64,000 bases of DNA from an uncultured Cytophagia bacterium (lineage in GTDB: Bacteria > Zhuqueibacterota > Zhuqueibacteria > Oceanimicrobiales > Oceanimicrobiaceae): assembly GCA_964539665.1 (NCBI GenBank), contig CAZIKB010000002.1:3609-67608 (forward strand), in the 5' to 3' direction. Under the pieces are notes generated by a model that had not been told where the DNA came from, did not search any database, and saw only the letters and a list, made by a program, of their open reading frames with translations. The position numbers were made by a program, and so were the translations under genes. Position 1 is the first letter of the stretch. Each line of letters begins with the position of its first letter. Shown here piece after piece: positions 1-10,254 of this stretch.

Positions 1-833
1 AGATGTTCACCGCCAGACGCAGGGGCAGATGAACCGGCGATGACCATGGAAAATCCTGAAAAAATCAGAGCTTCAGTTAATATTCGAATGGCCGCCCTTT
101 CACCGCTTCCAATCGCCATCGCATGAGTCCTGCAGGTGTGTTCAGCTTCCTGCACAATGTGTAATGGAAATCCACAGTAATACTCACCTTTGATCAGGTG
201 GGAGAGCTTCCAATCAGCATTAGCCACAGGCTTGGAGAGCATATCGCCGAGACCGGCTTGCACCATATCTTCGGGCGCTGTAGCGAGGATCTGCAGGTCG
301 GCAACCACCCCAACCGGGGCATGTGCTGGCATCGTACGTTTGATACCTTTGCTCATGATCGCGGCAATGTTCGAAGTATAGCCATTCATGGAAGGCGCTG
401 TTGGAACAACAATATATGGACGGCCAGATTGATAACTGGCCAGCTTAACTAAATCATTAATGCTGCCGGCTCCTACAGCAATCAGGAAATCAATTCCCGG
501 GCATATAGCATTCCGCACCAGATGAACATTCTTATCATCTGCTGTCACTTGCTTATTTCGACCTGCCTGTAAACATAAAACTTCAACAGAATATTCCGCT
601 GTTTCGAGATTCTTGGCAACGCGCTCCCCCGCTACACGCCACGTGACCTGGTCGGCAACCAGAAGCACTCGCTTTCCGGGCAGACATTGCTTGCAGCAAG
701 AGGCGATTTCCCCGAGTGCATTTTCAGCGATTATGACTTCCTTTGTACAAATGGCATGTTTTACGCCACAGGTACATGGAATGGTTTTTCCGAGGAGGTT
801 TTCGATTGAATATTTATAGTTTATGTGCTGCAT
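1..833 (-). CDS. Iron-containing alcohol dehydrogenase superfamily protein, glycerol-1-phosphate dehydrogenase (AraM/EgsA)-like. The 3' end runs off the window.
   Basis: My own minus-strand translation from the ATG at 831-833 reads MQHINYKYSIENLLGKTIPCTCGVKHAI...AVGAGSINDLVKLAS...GDMLSKPVANADWKLSHL and reaches position 1 with no stop. This is why it is missing from the ORF track. The GxGSxxD nucleotide-binding motif and overall sequence fit the Fe-ADH / G1PDH / glycerol dehydrogenase fold. The start lies 7 nt downstream of the upstream permease stop. Confidence 0.5.
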   Translation of the reverse strand, partial: MQHINYKYSIENLLGKTIPCTCGVKHAICTKEVIIAENALGEIASCCKQCLPGKRVLLVADQVTWRVAGERVAKNLETAEYSVEVLCLQAGRNKQVTADDKNVHLVRNAICPGIDFLIAVGAGSINDLVKLASYQSGRPYIVVPTAPSMNGYTSNIAAIMSKGIKRTMPAHAPVGVVADLQILATAPEDMVQAGLGDMLSKPVANADWKLSHLIKGEYYCGFPLHIVQEAEHTCRTHAMAIGSGERAAIRILTEALIFSGFSMVIAGSSAPASGGEH

Positions 834-840
834 ACTGATC

Positions 841-1671
841 TTACTTTTCCTCCTGCAAAGCAAATCCTTTCACAAAACTCTTCTGGAGCATTATCAGTAA
901 AACTAACGGCGGGAGAAGCGCCAGGATTGTTCCAGCCATGATCACATTCCATTCAGCAGCCTGGGCCTCACTCGCGAGCAGCATCTTAATTCCAATCTGA
1001 ACCACTCGCATTTCTTTAGAATTGGTAACCACCAATGGCCAGAGATATTGATTCCACATGTAGATGAATTCTATCAGGAAAAGTGCTGTGATATTTGTAC
1101 GGGCAAGCGGCATTAAAATCCTGCTAAGAAATTGCATCGGTCCGGCGCCATCGATGCGAGCCGCGTCAGCAAGGGAATCTGGCACAGTAAGAAAAAACTG
1201 CCGAAAGAGAAGTGTGCCGGTTGCGCTGGCAAAAAAAGGGATGGTCAAAGCATAATAGCTATCCACCCAATTGAAATCCTGCATCAGTTCAAATGTCGGC
1301 ACAATACGCACCGGCAGTGGCAGCATGTGGGTTATGAGAACCAGCACAAAACAAAAACCTTGTCCACGAAATCTTCCAAAATAAGTAAAAGCAAAAGCCG
1401 CCAGTAGCGAGAGGATTATTTTCCCAAAAGCTACTGCCGTCGATACAATGAAACTGTTCAAAAGCAAGCGTCCCATATTGACTTGCTGCCAGGCCGCGAT
1501 ATAATTTTCAGCAATATGTTTGCCTGGTAACAACTTGGGAGGATAAGCAAATACGTCCTGAAAACTTTGCGTGCTCACGATCAGCGCATATATTACCGGC
1601 GATGCGATCACCAAAATCGAAATGATAAGCAAAAAATGTGTTAACAGTTTTATATGATGTCTTTGCTTCAT
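841..1671 (-). CDS. Carbohydrate ABC transporter permease (MalG/UgpE type)
   Basis: A 276 aa polytopic membrane protein. It carries an EAA-like loop ...DSLADAARIDGAGPMQFLSRILMPL typical of the sugar ABC permease family. Confidence 0.8.
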   Translation of the reverse strand: MKQRHHIKLLTHFLLIISILVIASPVIYALIVSTQSFQDVFAYPPKLLPGKHIAENYIAAWQQVNMGRLLLNSFIVSTAVAFGKIILSLLAAFAFTYFGRFRGQGFCFVLVLITHMLPLPVRIVPTFELMQDFNWVDSYYALTIPFFASATGTLLFRQFFLTVPDSLADAARIDGAGPMQFLSRILMPLARTNITALFLIEFIYMWNQYLWPLVVTNSKEMRVVQIGIKMLLASEAQAAEWNVIMAGTILALLPPLVLLIMLQKSFVKGFALQEEK

Positions 1672-1683
1672 GAATATTCCTTA

Positions 1684-2565
1684 TCAGCGATAGAACACCC
1701 AGCGTCTGGCAAAACGAAATTGAAAAAGAGTTAAGAAAGCCACAAAAACAAACAGTACAATAGACTGGGCAGAAGCATAGCCCGTTCTTAAATTCACAAA
1801 ACCCTCTCTATAAAGTTTATACACCAAAACTTCCGTAGCATTACCTGGACCACCCTGGGTCATTACATCGATCAGGCCAAAAACTTCAAAAAAGCCATAA
1901 AGGGAATTCATGATAAACAAGAAAAACGTGACAGGAGAAAGGAGAGGAAAAATGACTTGCCGGAAACGGGTAAAAGAACCAGCCCCATCTATCCGCGCCG
2001 CCTCCAGAATTTCCCTCTGAATATTCTGCAGACCAGCCAGAAAAAAGATAATGTTATAACCGAGCATTTTCCAGGTAGCCGCACCAATGACCACCCTGAG
2101 CGCCCATTCACCATTAGTCATCCAGTTTGGCGCTGAACCTGTCACAAGATCAATGAAATAGGTCATCGCACCAGTAGATGGATCAAAAAGCAAAGCCCAA
2201 ATAGTTCCGGCAATAGCTGGAGAAAGAGCATAGGGCCAGAAAAGCGCCGTACGATATAATCCAATTCCTTTTATCGACTGATTGGCCAACATGGCGATGC
2301 CGAGCGAGACAGTCAGGCCGACTGCCACCAATGATACTGTAAAAATAATGGTTCTAAACAGGCTGTTCAAGTAGTCAGGATTAGCGAATAGATTGATGAA
2401 GTTGGCAAGACCCACATAAATCATACGATCACCAAAAGGCGAAATTCGAAATAAACTCAGGTAGATAGATTGGATTGAGGGAATGATTAAAAACAGGATA
2501 ACGGTAATCAGTGAAGGGGCTAACAGCAAATATGGCAGTTGCTTTTGCGGAAATTTAGTCTGCAT
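1684..2565 (-). CDS. Carbohydrate ABC transporter permease (MalF/UgpA type)
   Basis: A 293 aa membrane protein with the motif EAARIDGAGSFTRFRQVIFPLL. It forms an operon with the substrate-binding protein upstream and the second permease downstream. Confidence 0.8.
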   Translation of the reverse strand: MQTKFPQKQLPYLLLAPSLITVILFLIIPSIQSIYLSLFRISPFGDRMIYVGLANFINLFANPDYLNSLFRTIIFTVSLVAVGLTVSLGIAMLANQSIKGIGLYRTALFWPYALSPAIAGTIWALLFDPSTGAMTYFIDLVTGSAPNWMTNGEWALRVVIGAATWKMLGYNIIFFLAGLQNIQREILEAARIDGAGSFTRFRQVIFPLLSPVTFFLFIMNSLYGFFEVFGLIDVMTQGGPGNATEVLVYKLYREGFVNLRTGYASAQSIVLFVFVAFLTLFQFRFARRWVFYR

Positions 2566-2612
2566 GATTTCCCAACATTTCGGATAACACGACCTCTCCC
2601 CTTTTGTAACTA

Positions 2613-3932
2613 TTACTGGTAAAGTTGATTATACTCTATAAGTATTTGGTTGGCCTCTTTAGCCGCTTTATCCAGAGCCTCTTTTGGAGTAAGCGCTCCC
2701 ATAAAAGCTTTCTCTAAAGCACTGTTTACAATATCCCTGATTTGCACAAAATTACCAAGCAGGACTCCCCGGGCCTGGGGCGTATTCTTGCCAGAGAGAA
2801 TCTGTGACAAAGCCGTTTGGTGATTCGGGTGTGCAGTGAACCAACCCTCACTACGGAGTAGATTGACAGCACTGTTGGTTAAAGGAAAATAGCCTGTATC
2901 TTTGTGCCACTGCATAGACACCCGCGGCTGAATCACCCAGTGCAGGAATTGCCAAACGGCTTCCTGTTCTTTTTGCGAGAGCCCTTTCATCACCCAGAGG
3001 GTGGCACCACCAATCACAGAATTTCCCTGTTCATATCCGGCTATCCGGGGAAGTTTTGTGGTGCCAACTTCAAACCTGGCTGCTTTTTCAATAGAAGCCA
3101 CTGAAGAGGTTGATTGAATTAGCATGGCAATCTGGCCGGAAAGGAAAGCTTTATTCGCAGAATATTCGCGGCCGCCATAGATAAAGATTTTCTTGTGCGC
3201 CCAATCCACCCAATGTTCCAGGACCTTTACGCCAAAGCCTCTATTAAAAAACACCTCTGTTGCTCTGCCATCCCGCCCATTGGAACGGTTCGTGTAGTAT
3301 TGATTGTGCTGAGCATGTGATTGCTCGAATATCCAGGCCGGCCAACCAAAAGACAGCGCATTGGGTGCAACCCCGCTCTCGACAATCTTCTTCCCTATCT
3401 TTTCAATTTCTTTATACGTTTCTGGAGGCTTAGCAGGATTGAGGCCAGCCTTCTTGAAGAGTTGCTTGTTGAAAAATAAAATAGCTGTAGATGAGTTAAA
3501 CGGCATGGAATGAAGTTGACCCTTAACCGAATAATAATTCCGGATTGGAGTAATCACATCCTCCCACTCGATGTCGCCTGATTTAGCCAGCTCAAAAACC
3601 GGAATATATGCTCTGCTATCAAGCATGGTCTGCGTTCCCACTTCATATACCTGGATAATGTGAGGAGGATTGCCGGCCCGGGTAGCGGAAATGGCTTTGG
3701 TCATTGTTTCCGCATAACTGCCTGTAAATTGTGCTTTTACCTTTATATTATCAGAAGTTTTATTAAACTCATTAACCAGATTATCCACTGCTTTCAATCG
3801 ATTCCCACTCATTGCATGCCATAAATTGATCTCAATTTTCTCTTGCGCATGCAGTGGAATCACAAACATAATTAATCCTAAAATCAAGCAGCTAATTCGC
3901 TCAAAAATGATCCTTCCTCCGGTCATTGACAT
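2613..3932 (-). CDS. ABC transporter extracellular solute-binding protein (family 1, sugar type)
   Basis: 439 aa with an N-terminal signal peptide (LILGLIMFVIPLHAQ). It is the first gene of the SBP-permease-permease operon, and no ABC ATPase gene follows within the window. Confidence 0.75.
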   Translation of the reverse strand: MSMTGGRIIFERISCLILGLIMFVIPLHAQEKIEINLWHAMSGNRLKAVDNLVNEFNKTSDNIKVKAQFTGSYAETMTKAISATRAGNPPHIIQVYEVGTQTMLDSRAYIPVFELAKSGDIEWEDVITPIRNYYSVKGQLHSMPFNSSTAILFFNKQLFKKAGLNPAKPPETYKEIEKIGKKIVESGVAPNALSFGWPAWIFEQSHAQHNQYYTNRSNGRDGRATEVFFNRGFGVKVLEHWVDWAHKKIFIYGGREYSANKAFLSGQIAMLIQSTSSVASIEKAARFEVGTTKLPRIAGYEQGNSVIGGATLWVMKGLSQKEQEAVWQFLHWVIQPRVSMQWHKDTGYFPLTNSAVNLLRSEGWFTAHPNHQTALSQILSGKNTPQARGVLLGNFVQIRDIVNSALEKAFMGALTPKEALDKAAKEANQILIEYNQLYQ

Positions 3933-4291
3933 TCTCCCTTAATAATCCATGGAATAGTAACTTTTTCGAATACTACATTGACGGTAAAATATTGTCCATC
4001 ATTATAATTATATAATCCATTTCTATCAAGTATTTTTTATTTTAATCCAGATTCGGAAAAGCGTGTCTAATAGCTGTACGTGTAAATACTGGTAGGAGAT
4101 TGCTTCGCCTTCGCGTTTGAGCGAATGGCATCAATATGCTAATGCTGCTATCTAAGTCACAAAATAATTCATAGTCATTCAGTCACTGACAACAAGTAAC
4201 CAGAATTTGACGATTAATTTGAAATCTATTTGCACAGCGTATCAGTGGCAAAATTTTCTTTAAAGAAATAATTGATGGACAATTCTTTGAA

Positions 4292-7200
4292 TCAGTTCTG
4301 AAGGCCAACAGGTAGGTCTGAATTAACGATCGTGATTGAACATGTGGATAGTTGCAGATGATGATCGACAAGTTCAAGAAGTCTGTGTTTCCTGATAGGT
4401 TTAGAAAGATAGGCGGTACAGCCGGCATTCAGGCACCTTTTAATCTCGCTCGCACCCTGGTGAGCCGTTAACGCGATAATAGGAATTTCCGATCCCTGCT
4501 GCAGATTTAATATTGCTTTAGTAGCGTCATACCCATTTAGTACTGGCATTTTCATGTCCATCAAGATCAATGAAATGTTTTGACTTTTGACCAATTCCAC
4601 CGCCTCCTGGCCATTATGAGCAAAAAGAAGTTTACACCCTGTCTCCTTTTTAAAATAATTCTTAATTAAATTCCGATTGTCGCTTGAATCATCTGCTACA
4701 AGGATAGTCGGACGTGGATCTATCCATTTCTCTACCATAGATAAGAGTATTTTCTTTTTGATGGGCTTTGATATATAGTCATCCAGGTCATTTTTCAGAC
4801 ATTGTTCACGATACCCTGAAATAGCATGTGCTGTGAGTGCAACGATGGGCACCCGCTCCTCTTCTTGTGCCCGAGCCCAGGCTCTAATACTTTTGGTTGC
4901 CTCAAAACCATCCATCACCGGCATCTGGATATCCATCAAGATTAAATCATATCGAAATTTCTGGAATGCTTCAAAAGCCAATTCCCCATTCCTGGCAATT
5001 TCAACTAAAAATCCAGCTTTCTCTAAAATCTTTTTGGCCAGTTTTTGATTATCTGGATTATCTTCAACTAACAAAATACTTTTACGATATTTCTGATGAT
5101 ATTTTTCTGGTTTTAATTCCTCAGCAATTTTTTCAGTTTGCTCATGGTTTTGTAACACCACTTTTAAAATGTTAAAAAGCTTTGATTGCTTAACAGGCTT
5201 TACTATATATTTAGAAATGCCTAACTGTTTCTTTAAATCAGATTTTATAGTTCCCACCGAGGAAAGCATAATCATTTTAATATCTTTAAATTTCGAGTTA
5301 TTCATAATGCTTTGTGCCAATTCAAAGCCATCCATTTCTGGCATATGTTGATCGAGAATGATTATACTAATTGGCGACTTCGACTTACTTAAAATGGAAA
5401 GCGCTTTTGGACCTGATGGAGCTTCTTTTACCCGTAAACCCCAGGCTGTAAGAGTCTTCCTTAAAATAACCCTGTTAGTTTTATTGTCATCCACGACCAG
5501 CACCGTTTTTTCATTGAAATCAGGATCTGCATAATCAATGTCTGCAGAGTTGCCATTTCCTTTGAGTAATCTTAATTCAAACTGAAAAGTACTGCCCTCT
5601 CCTACCTGACTATCTACCCACATTTCACCTCCCATCAACTCGACCAAAGATATCGATATATTTAAGCCCAAACCCGTGCCGCCAAATTTCCGGGTTGTAG
5701 AAGTGTCAGCCTGTGAAAATTTTTCAAATATTTTTTCCAGGTTTTCTTGTGATATCCCAATTCCGGTATCTGAAACCTTAAAATGAAGTCCTATTTTTTT
5801 ATCGTTGTCACCATTCTTATTGAGATGATTTGCAAATTCAACCGTTACGGTCACTTCCCCGCTTTCAGTGAACTTGATGGCATTGCCAGTAAGATTGAAA
5901 AGTACCTGGCGCAACCGTGTAGGATCGCCCACAAACCACTTGGATATTCCAGGTTCCAGATAACAGAGGAGTTCAACACCTTTTGTTTCGGCCCGCATAC
6001 TTAATATTTCTACCGTGCCTTCAACTACATCGTGCAAATTAAAGTCGATGTTCTCAACTTCCATCTGCCCGGCTTCGATTTTTGAGAAATCAAGTATATC
6101 ATTAATCAAACCAAGCAGACTCTCAGAAGAAGATTGCACAATATTCAGATATCCTCGTTGTTCTGAATTCAGGGTAGTTTCAAGTGAAAGTTCCGTCATG
6201 CCAATAATAGCGTTTAGAGGGGTTCGTATTTCATGGCTCATATTGGCTAAAAAAGTACTCTTGGATTTATTTGCATTCTCAGCCACTGTTTTAGAATTTA
6301 CCAGTTCCCTGTTTGATATCTCAAGTTCATGCGTTCTTTCCTTTACCTCTCCCGAAAGTTGTTTCTTTTGCATTTCAATATTTCTTATTCGATTATTATG
6401 CCATCCAAAGATAGTAAGTAATAGAACTGAACCTGCAAAAATCCTGAACCACCAGGTTTTCCAGAACGGTGGACTTATCATAATTTTGATAGATGTCCCT
6501 GCCTCATTCCATAAACCATCATTATTTGAACCTTTAACCCGAAAAACATATTCACCGGGATTAAGATTGGTGTAGGTGGCGTAAGGCTTCGTTCCGGAAT
6601 AAATCCAATCTTCATCAAATCCCTCCATCATGTAAGCATAATGATTTTTCTTCGGATTTACATAATCCAGCGCAGCAAATTCAAACGAGAAGAAATTGTC
6701 TTTGTAGGAAAGCTCTAATTTCTGAATTTCTGAAATTGTCTTTGAAAGTACAACTTCCTTGTTGAATTTCTTAAAACCGGTCAGTACGATGGGAGGAACA
6801 TGGTTATTACGTTTAACCTGTTCAGTCTGAAAAAAATTAATTCCATTGTCGCAGCCAAAAAACATTTCTCCGGATTTACTTTTATAGCAGGCGCCGCGAT
6901 TAAACTTGTTGGCTTGTAACCCATCGTGAATGTCATAATTGACAAACGATTCCGTTTCAGGATTGAATTTGGATATACCATGATCTGTACTTAGCCATAA
7001 ATTCTCTTCCAAATCACTCACAATACCCAAAATATTATTATTGGGAAGTCCGTCTTTCTCTGTATAGTGTGTGAATTGCTGCGTTTTTCTATCATATTTA
7101 TTCAGGCCGCCATTCGTTCCTATCCAGAGTTTGCCCGACTGATCTTCGCAAATTGTCCATACACGATCATTGCTTAGACTATTTAAATCTTTTGGATTGC

Positions 7201-8281
7201 TTTTGTAACGTTTAACTGCAATCTTCTGTGTTTCCTGATTTTCTGTAATGATATTGTTTAATCCCACATACGTTCCTATCCAGAGTTTGCCCGAATGATC
7301 TTCATATATTGCACTAATTCGATTATGAGTCAAACTATACGGTATCGTGGGATCGTGTTTATATCTTTTAAACTGCTTTCTTTCAGGATCAAATTCATTT
7401 AAGCCTTCATACGTACCAATCCAAATTGAACCAGTTTGATCCTGGTGCAGCGCTACTGCAAAATCATCACTTAAACTGTTTGGGTTTTTCGGATCGTGTT
7501 TATACCGGGTAACCTTTTCCGTTTTTCGGTTGAATATAGTGATGCCATCGCCTTTTGTGCCTAACCACAAATTACCGGAATTATCTTCACAGATTGCCCA
7601 GATTCGATTAATATTTAAGTTATTTGAATTTATCGGAATTGAATAATGTGCTATCTGACCGGCGTTTCGATCAAATTTATGGAGCCCCCCTTCAGTGCCA
7701 ATCCAGAATACGCCAAATTTGTCTTCAAAAATAGCATAGACCTGGTTACCTTGGGCTGAATCCCACGAATTTTCACCTCTAAATTTGTAATGGTTAAACT
7801 TCTTTCTTTTTGGTTTTAATTTGTTAAGTCCGCCGCCTTTCGTACCAAACCACAAGTTCCTTGAACGATCTTGATATATTTGCAAGACATAATTATGACT
7901 GAAACTTTTTGGGTCGTCCGGATTATGTTGATAGAAAGTGAATTTTTCACTTTTTTTGTCAAATAGGCCGATACCGCGAAATTTAGTCCCCACCCATAAT
8001 CGGCCTGTCTCGTCTTCGAAAATCACCTGTACCTGGAACTGGCTCACACTACCTGGATTATTCGGATCAAGTAAGTAATTAACAAATTTTCCTGTATCTG
8101 GATCAAATTTACTTAAGCCGCCTTCTGTTCCGACCCAGAGGATTCCGGAACGGTCTTGATAGATGCATTCAACTTGATTGCTCGCCAGACTACCTGGATT
8201 ATCCGGATTGTGTTTGTAGTGAATAATTTTTTCGCTTTCACGATCAAATCTATTCAGACCATTATCTGTGCAAATCCACAA
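4292..8281 (-). CDS. Hybrid sensor histidine kinase, major C-terminal portion. It comprises periplasmic two-component-regulator propeller repeats, a Y_Y_Y-like region, a TM segment, HisKA, HATPase and three receiver domains.
   Basis: More than 12 repeats of the type SLSxNxVxxIxxDxxGxLWIGTxxGLNxFD. TM segment WWFRIFAGSVLLLTIF. H-box FLANMSHEIRTPLNAI. Three REC domains (VLVVDDNKTNR..ILDQHMP; ILLVEDNPDNQ..ILMDIQMP; ILVADDSSDNR..ILMDMKMP). The ORF as listed starts at a TTG and continues in the same frame as the 8306-8902 fragment. Confidence 0.8.
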   Translation of the reverse strand: MWICTDNGLNRFDRESEKIIHYKHNPDNPGSLASNQVECIYQDRSGILWVGTEGGLSKFDPDTGKFVNYLLDPNNPGSVSQFQVQVIFEDETGRLWVGTKFRGIGLFDKKSEKFTFYQHNPDDPKSFSHNYVLQIYQDRSRNLWFGTKGGGLNKLKPKRKKFNHYKFRGENSWDSAQGNQVYAIFEDKFGVFWIGTEGGLHKFDRNAGQIAHYSIPINSNNLNINRIWAICEDNSGNLWLGTKGDGITIFNRKTEKVTRYKHDPKNPNSLSDDFAVALHQDQTGSIWIGTYEGLNEFDPERKQFKRYKHDPTIPYSLTHNRISAIYEDHSGKLWIGTYVGLNNIITENQETQKIAVKRYKSNPKDLNSLSNDRVWTICEDQSGKLWIGTNGGLNKYDRKTQQFTHYTEKDGLPNNNILGIVSDLEENLWLSTDHGISKFNPETESFVNYDIHDGLQANKFNRGACYKSKSGEMFFGCDNGINFFQTEQVKRNNHVPPIVLTGFKKFNKEVVLSKTISEIQKLELSYKDNFFSFEFAALDYVNPKKNHYAYMMEGFDEDWIYSGTKPYATYTNLNPGEYVFRVKGSNNDGLWNEAGTSIKIMISPPFWKTWWFRIFAGSVLLLTIFGWHNNRIRNIEMQKKQLSGEVKERTHELEISNRELVNSKTVAENANKSKSTFLANMSHEIRTPLNAIIGMTELSLETTLNSEQRGYLNIVQSSSESLLGLINDILDFSKIEAGQMEVENIDFNLHDVVEGTVEILSMRAETKGVELLCYLEPGISKWFVGDPTRLRQVLFNLTGNAIKFTESGEVTVTVEFANHLNKNGDNDKKIGLHFKVSDTGIGISQENLEKIFEKFSQADTSTTRKFGGTGLGLNISISLVELMGGEMWVDSQVGEGSTFQFELRLLKGNGNSADIDYADPDFNEKTVLVVDDNKTNRVILRKTLTAWGLRVKEAPSGPKALSILSKSKSPISIIILDQHMPEMDGFELAQSIMNNSKFKDIKMIMLSSVGTIKSDLKKQLGISKYIVKPVKQSKLFNILKVVLQNHEQTEKIAEELKPEKYHQKYRKSILLVEDNPDNQKLAKKILEKAGFLVEIARNGELAFEAFQKFRYDLILMDIQMPVMDGFEATKSIRAWARAQEEERVPIVALTAHAISGYREQCLKNDLDDYISKPIKKKILLSMVEKWIDPRPTILVADDSSDNRNLIKNYFKKETGCKLLFAHNGQEAVELVKSQNISLILMDMKMPVLNGYDATKAILNLQQGSEIPIIALTAHQGASEIKRCLNAGCTAYLSKPIRKHRLLELVDHHLQLSTCSITIVNSDLPVGLQN

Positions 8282-8305
8282 TGTTTTCGCCTGGTCCTCA
8301 TAAAC

Positions 8306-8902
8306 TTACCGGACTTCATTGTGACTCAAGCTGGCTGGATCACGCGAATCATGTTGGAAACGTACAAATTTTTCTTTTTGTGGATCAAATTTATTTACAC
8401 CCCCTCCGGTTCCAATCCAGAGCGTTCCGGAGTGATCCTGACAAATGGACCTGACTTTATTGTCCGACAGACTATTCGGTTCACCTGCATCGTACTTGAA
8501 TTGAGTAAATCGTTGTGTTTTTCGATCAAATCGATTCAGACCGTTTAACGTGCCAATCCAAAGAATGCCGGAATTGTCTTCATTAATTACGTACGCGCGA
8601 TTATCAGATAGAGAAGTTGAATCAAAGGCATTATGCTCAAAGCTTATAAACTTGATGCCATCATATCTATTTATTCCACCTCTTGTTCCAAACCATAAAA
8701 ATCCTTTGCTGTCATGAAGAACAGAATAAATCGTACCTTCTGACAGTCCCTGTTCGGATGAAATGTGCTCAAATTCTAAAATGTTATCCTGGGCAATTAA
8801 GGTTGAAGGGAAAAATCGAGATAACAAATTGAGTAAAATATAGGCCCGAATCCAACCGCATCCTGAGATGCTCTTAATTACTCTACTAATCATATTACCC
8901 AC
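8306..8902 (-). CDS. N-terminal fragment of the same propeller sensor kinase (signal peptide plus the first propeller repeats), ending in an in-frame TAA
   Basis: 198 aa with a hydrophobic N-terminus and the same repeat family (FLWFGTRGGINRYD, ILWIGTLNGLNRFD, TLWIGTGGGVNKFD). The stop at 8306-8308 is in frame with the downstream ORF (...SHNEVR*VYEDQAKTLWICTDNGLNRFD), and it falls where the repeat normally has S/T/C. Confidence 0.6.
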   Translation of the reverse strand: MGNMISRVIKSISGCGWIRAYILLNLLSRFFPSTLIAQDNILEFEHISSEQGLSEGTIYSVLHDSKGFLWFGTRGGINRYDGIKFISFEHNAFDSTSLSDNRAYVINEDNSGILWIGTLNGLNRFDRKTQRFTQFKYDAGEPNSLSDNKVRSICQDHSGTLWIGTGGGVNKFDPQKEKFVRFQHDSRDPASLSHNEVR

Positions 8903-9243
8903 TTGTGCGAATATATAATGAATCGATTTTCACTTACCATTTTCGCTTCTAATTCCCTGTATCAAATTAATTTTTTCTAAAATTCCCGTTATCCTTCGAC
9001 CAATCTCGCACTCAGTAAGAGCAAAGTATAATGCCTCAATCGGACAACAATCTATTTTATCGGCATTTTACTGTATTCTTGCACTAATTTTTTTTAATTT
9101 CATTACTGGAATTTTTATCAAATGCAATGATTATTTGCAAATAAAGCTTCACAGTCATATATTACCAAATATTAATACAAAACATCTTTAAATCTATAGA
9201 ATTTTGCAAAATGTAATTTTCCCGATATTCCAACTATAGTCAA

Positions 9244-9278
9244 TATTCATCGGATGACCTGGAATCAACCGATGAATA
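9244..9278. promoter_or_regulatory. 10 bp perfect inverted repeat about 50 bp upstream of the GDPD gene (candidate operator)
   Basis: TATTCATCGG-N15-CCGATGAATA lies in the divergent intergenic region between the sensor-kinase gene and the GDPD gene. Confidence 0.3.
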
Positions 9279-9324
9279 GCAGTATTTTGCAAATGTTTAT
9301 TAAATCTAAATTCAGGAGGAAAGT

Positions 9325-10107
9325 ATGAAAACTTACATAATCATTGTGATTTTCATTTTTTCATTAATATGCTTAAATTCATGCCAGACTCAAGATGGCA
9401 AACATTTAGTTGTAACAGCCCATAGAGGCGCTTCCGGATTGGCCCCTGAAAACACCATGGCTGCTATGGTAAAAGCTATGGAAATTGGGGCAGATTATGC
9501 AGAGTTGGATGTTCAGGAAATTGCAGACGGTAGTTTGATTTTATTTCACGACAACACCCTGGATCGTACATCCAATGTCACAGGAAACATTTGGGAGACG
9601 ACCTTAGCAAATCTGCGAGGAGTCGATGCAGGTTCCTGGTTTGATGAACAATTTTCCGGTGAACCCATTCCAACCTTCGAAGCGGTGATTGACACAGTGC
9701 GGGGAAAGATGAAATTAAATATCGAACTAAAAATGAATGGATACGAAAAAAGGTTAACTGAACAGGTAGTCAGATTAGTCGAGGATAAGAATTTTATCTC
9801 CGAGTGCATGATTACTTCGTTTGACCGAGAAGCCGTGCGCAAAGTAAAGCAACTTAATCCTGCAATTGAAACCGGTTATATTTTCAGCAAATTCCCAGAG
9901 GAGGATATTTTTAATACTGAATTTGATTTGTTAAGCGTAAAGAAAATTTTGGTGGATGCAGAATTTGTTAATAAAGCTCATAAATTCAACAAAAAAGTGC
10001 ATGTGTGGACAGTAAATGATCCGGAGGAAATGACCATGCTGATATCTATCGGTGTGGATGGAATTATTACGGATCATCCGGATATTTTGTTAAATCTGAT
10101 CAAGTAA
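9325..10107 (+). CDS. Glycerophosphodiester phosphodiesterase (GDPD family), lipoprotein
   Basis: The catalytic N-terminus HRGASGLAPENTMAAM...ELDVQEIADGSLILFHDNTLDRT is typical of GDPD (UgpQ/GlpQ family). The signal peptide carries a lipobox-like LNSC, and an AGGA RBS sits 8 nt upstream. Confidence 0.85.
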   Translation: MKTYIIIVIFIFSLICLNSCQTQDGKHLVVTAHRGASGLAPENTMAAMVKAMEIGADYAELDVQEIADGSLILFHDNTLDRTSNVTGNIWETTLANLRGVDAGSWFDEQFSGEPIPTFEAVIDTVRGKMKLNIELKMNGYEKRLTEQVVRLVEDKNFISECMITSFDREAVRKVKQLNPAIETGYIFSKFPEEDIFNTEFDLLSVKKILVDAEFVNKAHKFNKKVHVWTVNDPEEMTMLISIGVDGIITDHPDILLNLIK

Positions 10108-10254
10108 AAGAAAATGAATTAGTCACTCAGAGACACGCCTTTACTAAACTTTAAAAGTATAGTAAGTGTATATTATTTCTAACCTGATTTATTCATAAAT
10201 ATTGTTGACAATGATTGAATTCTGTAATTTAGTGTTATTTTAAAAAACGAATTA

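Noticed and set aside
4094-4107. An identical 14-mer AGGAGATTGCTTCG at 4094-4107 and 45186-45199
   Set aside because: About 15 chance 14-mer matches are expected among all position pairs in 64 kb (N squared over 4 to the 14th). At 4094 the inverted partner of the hairpin is absent, so this is not evidence of a dispersed repeat.
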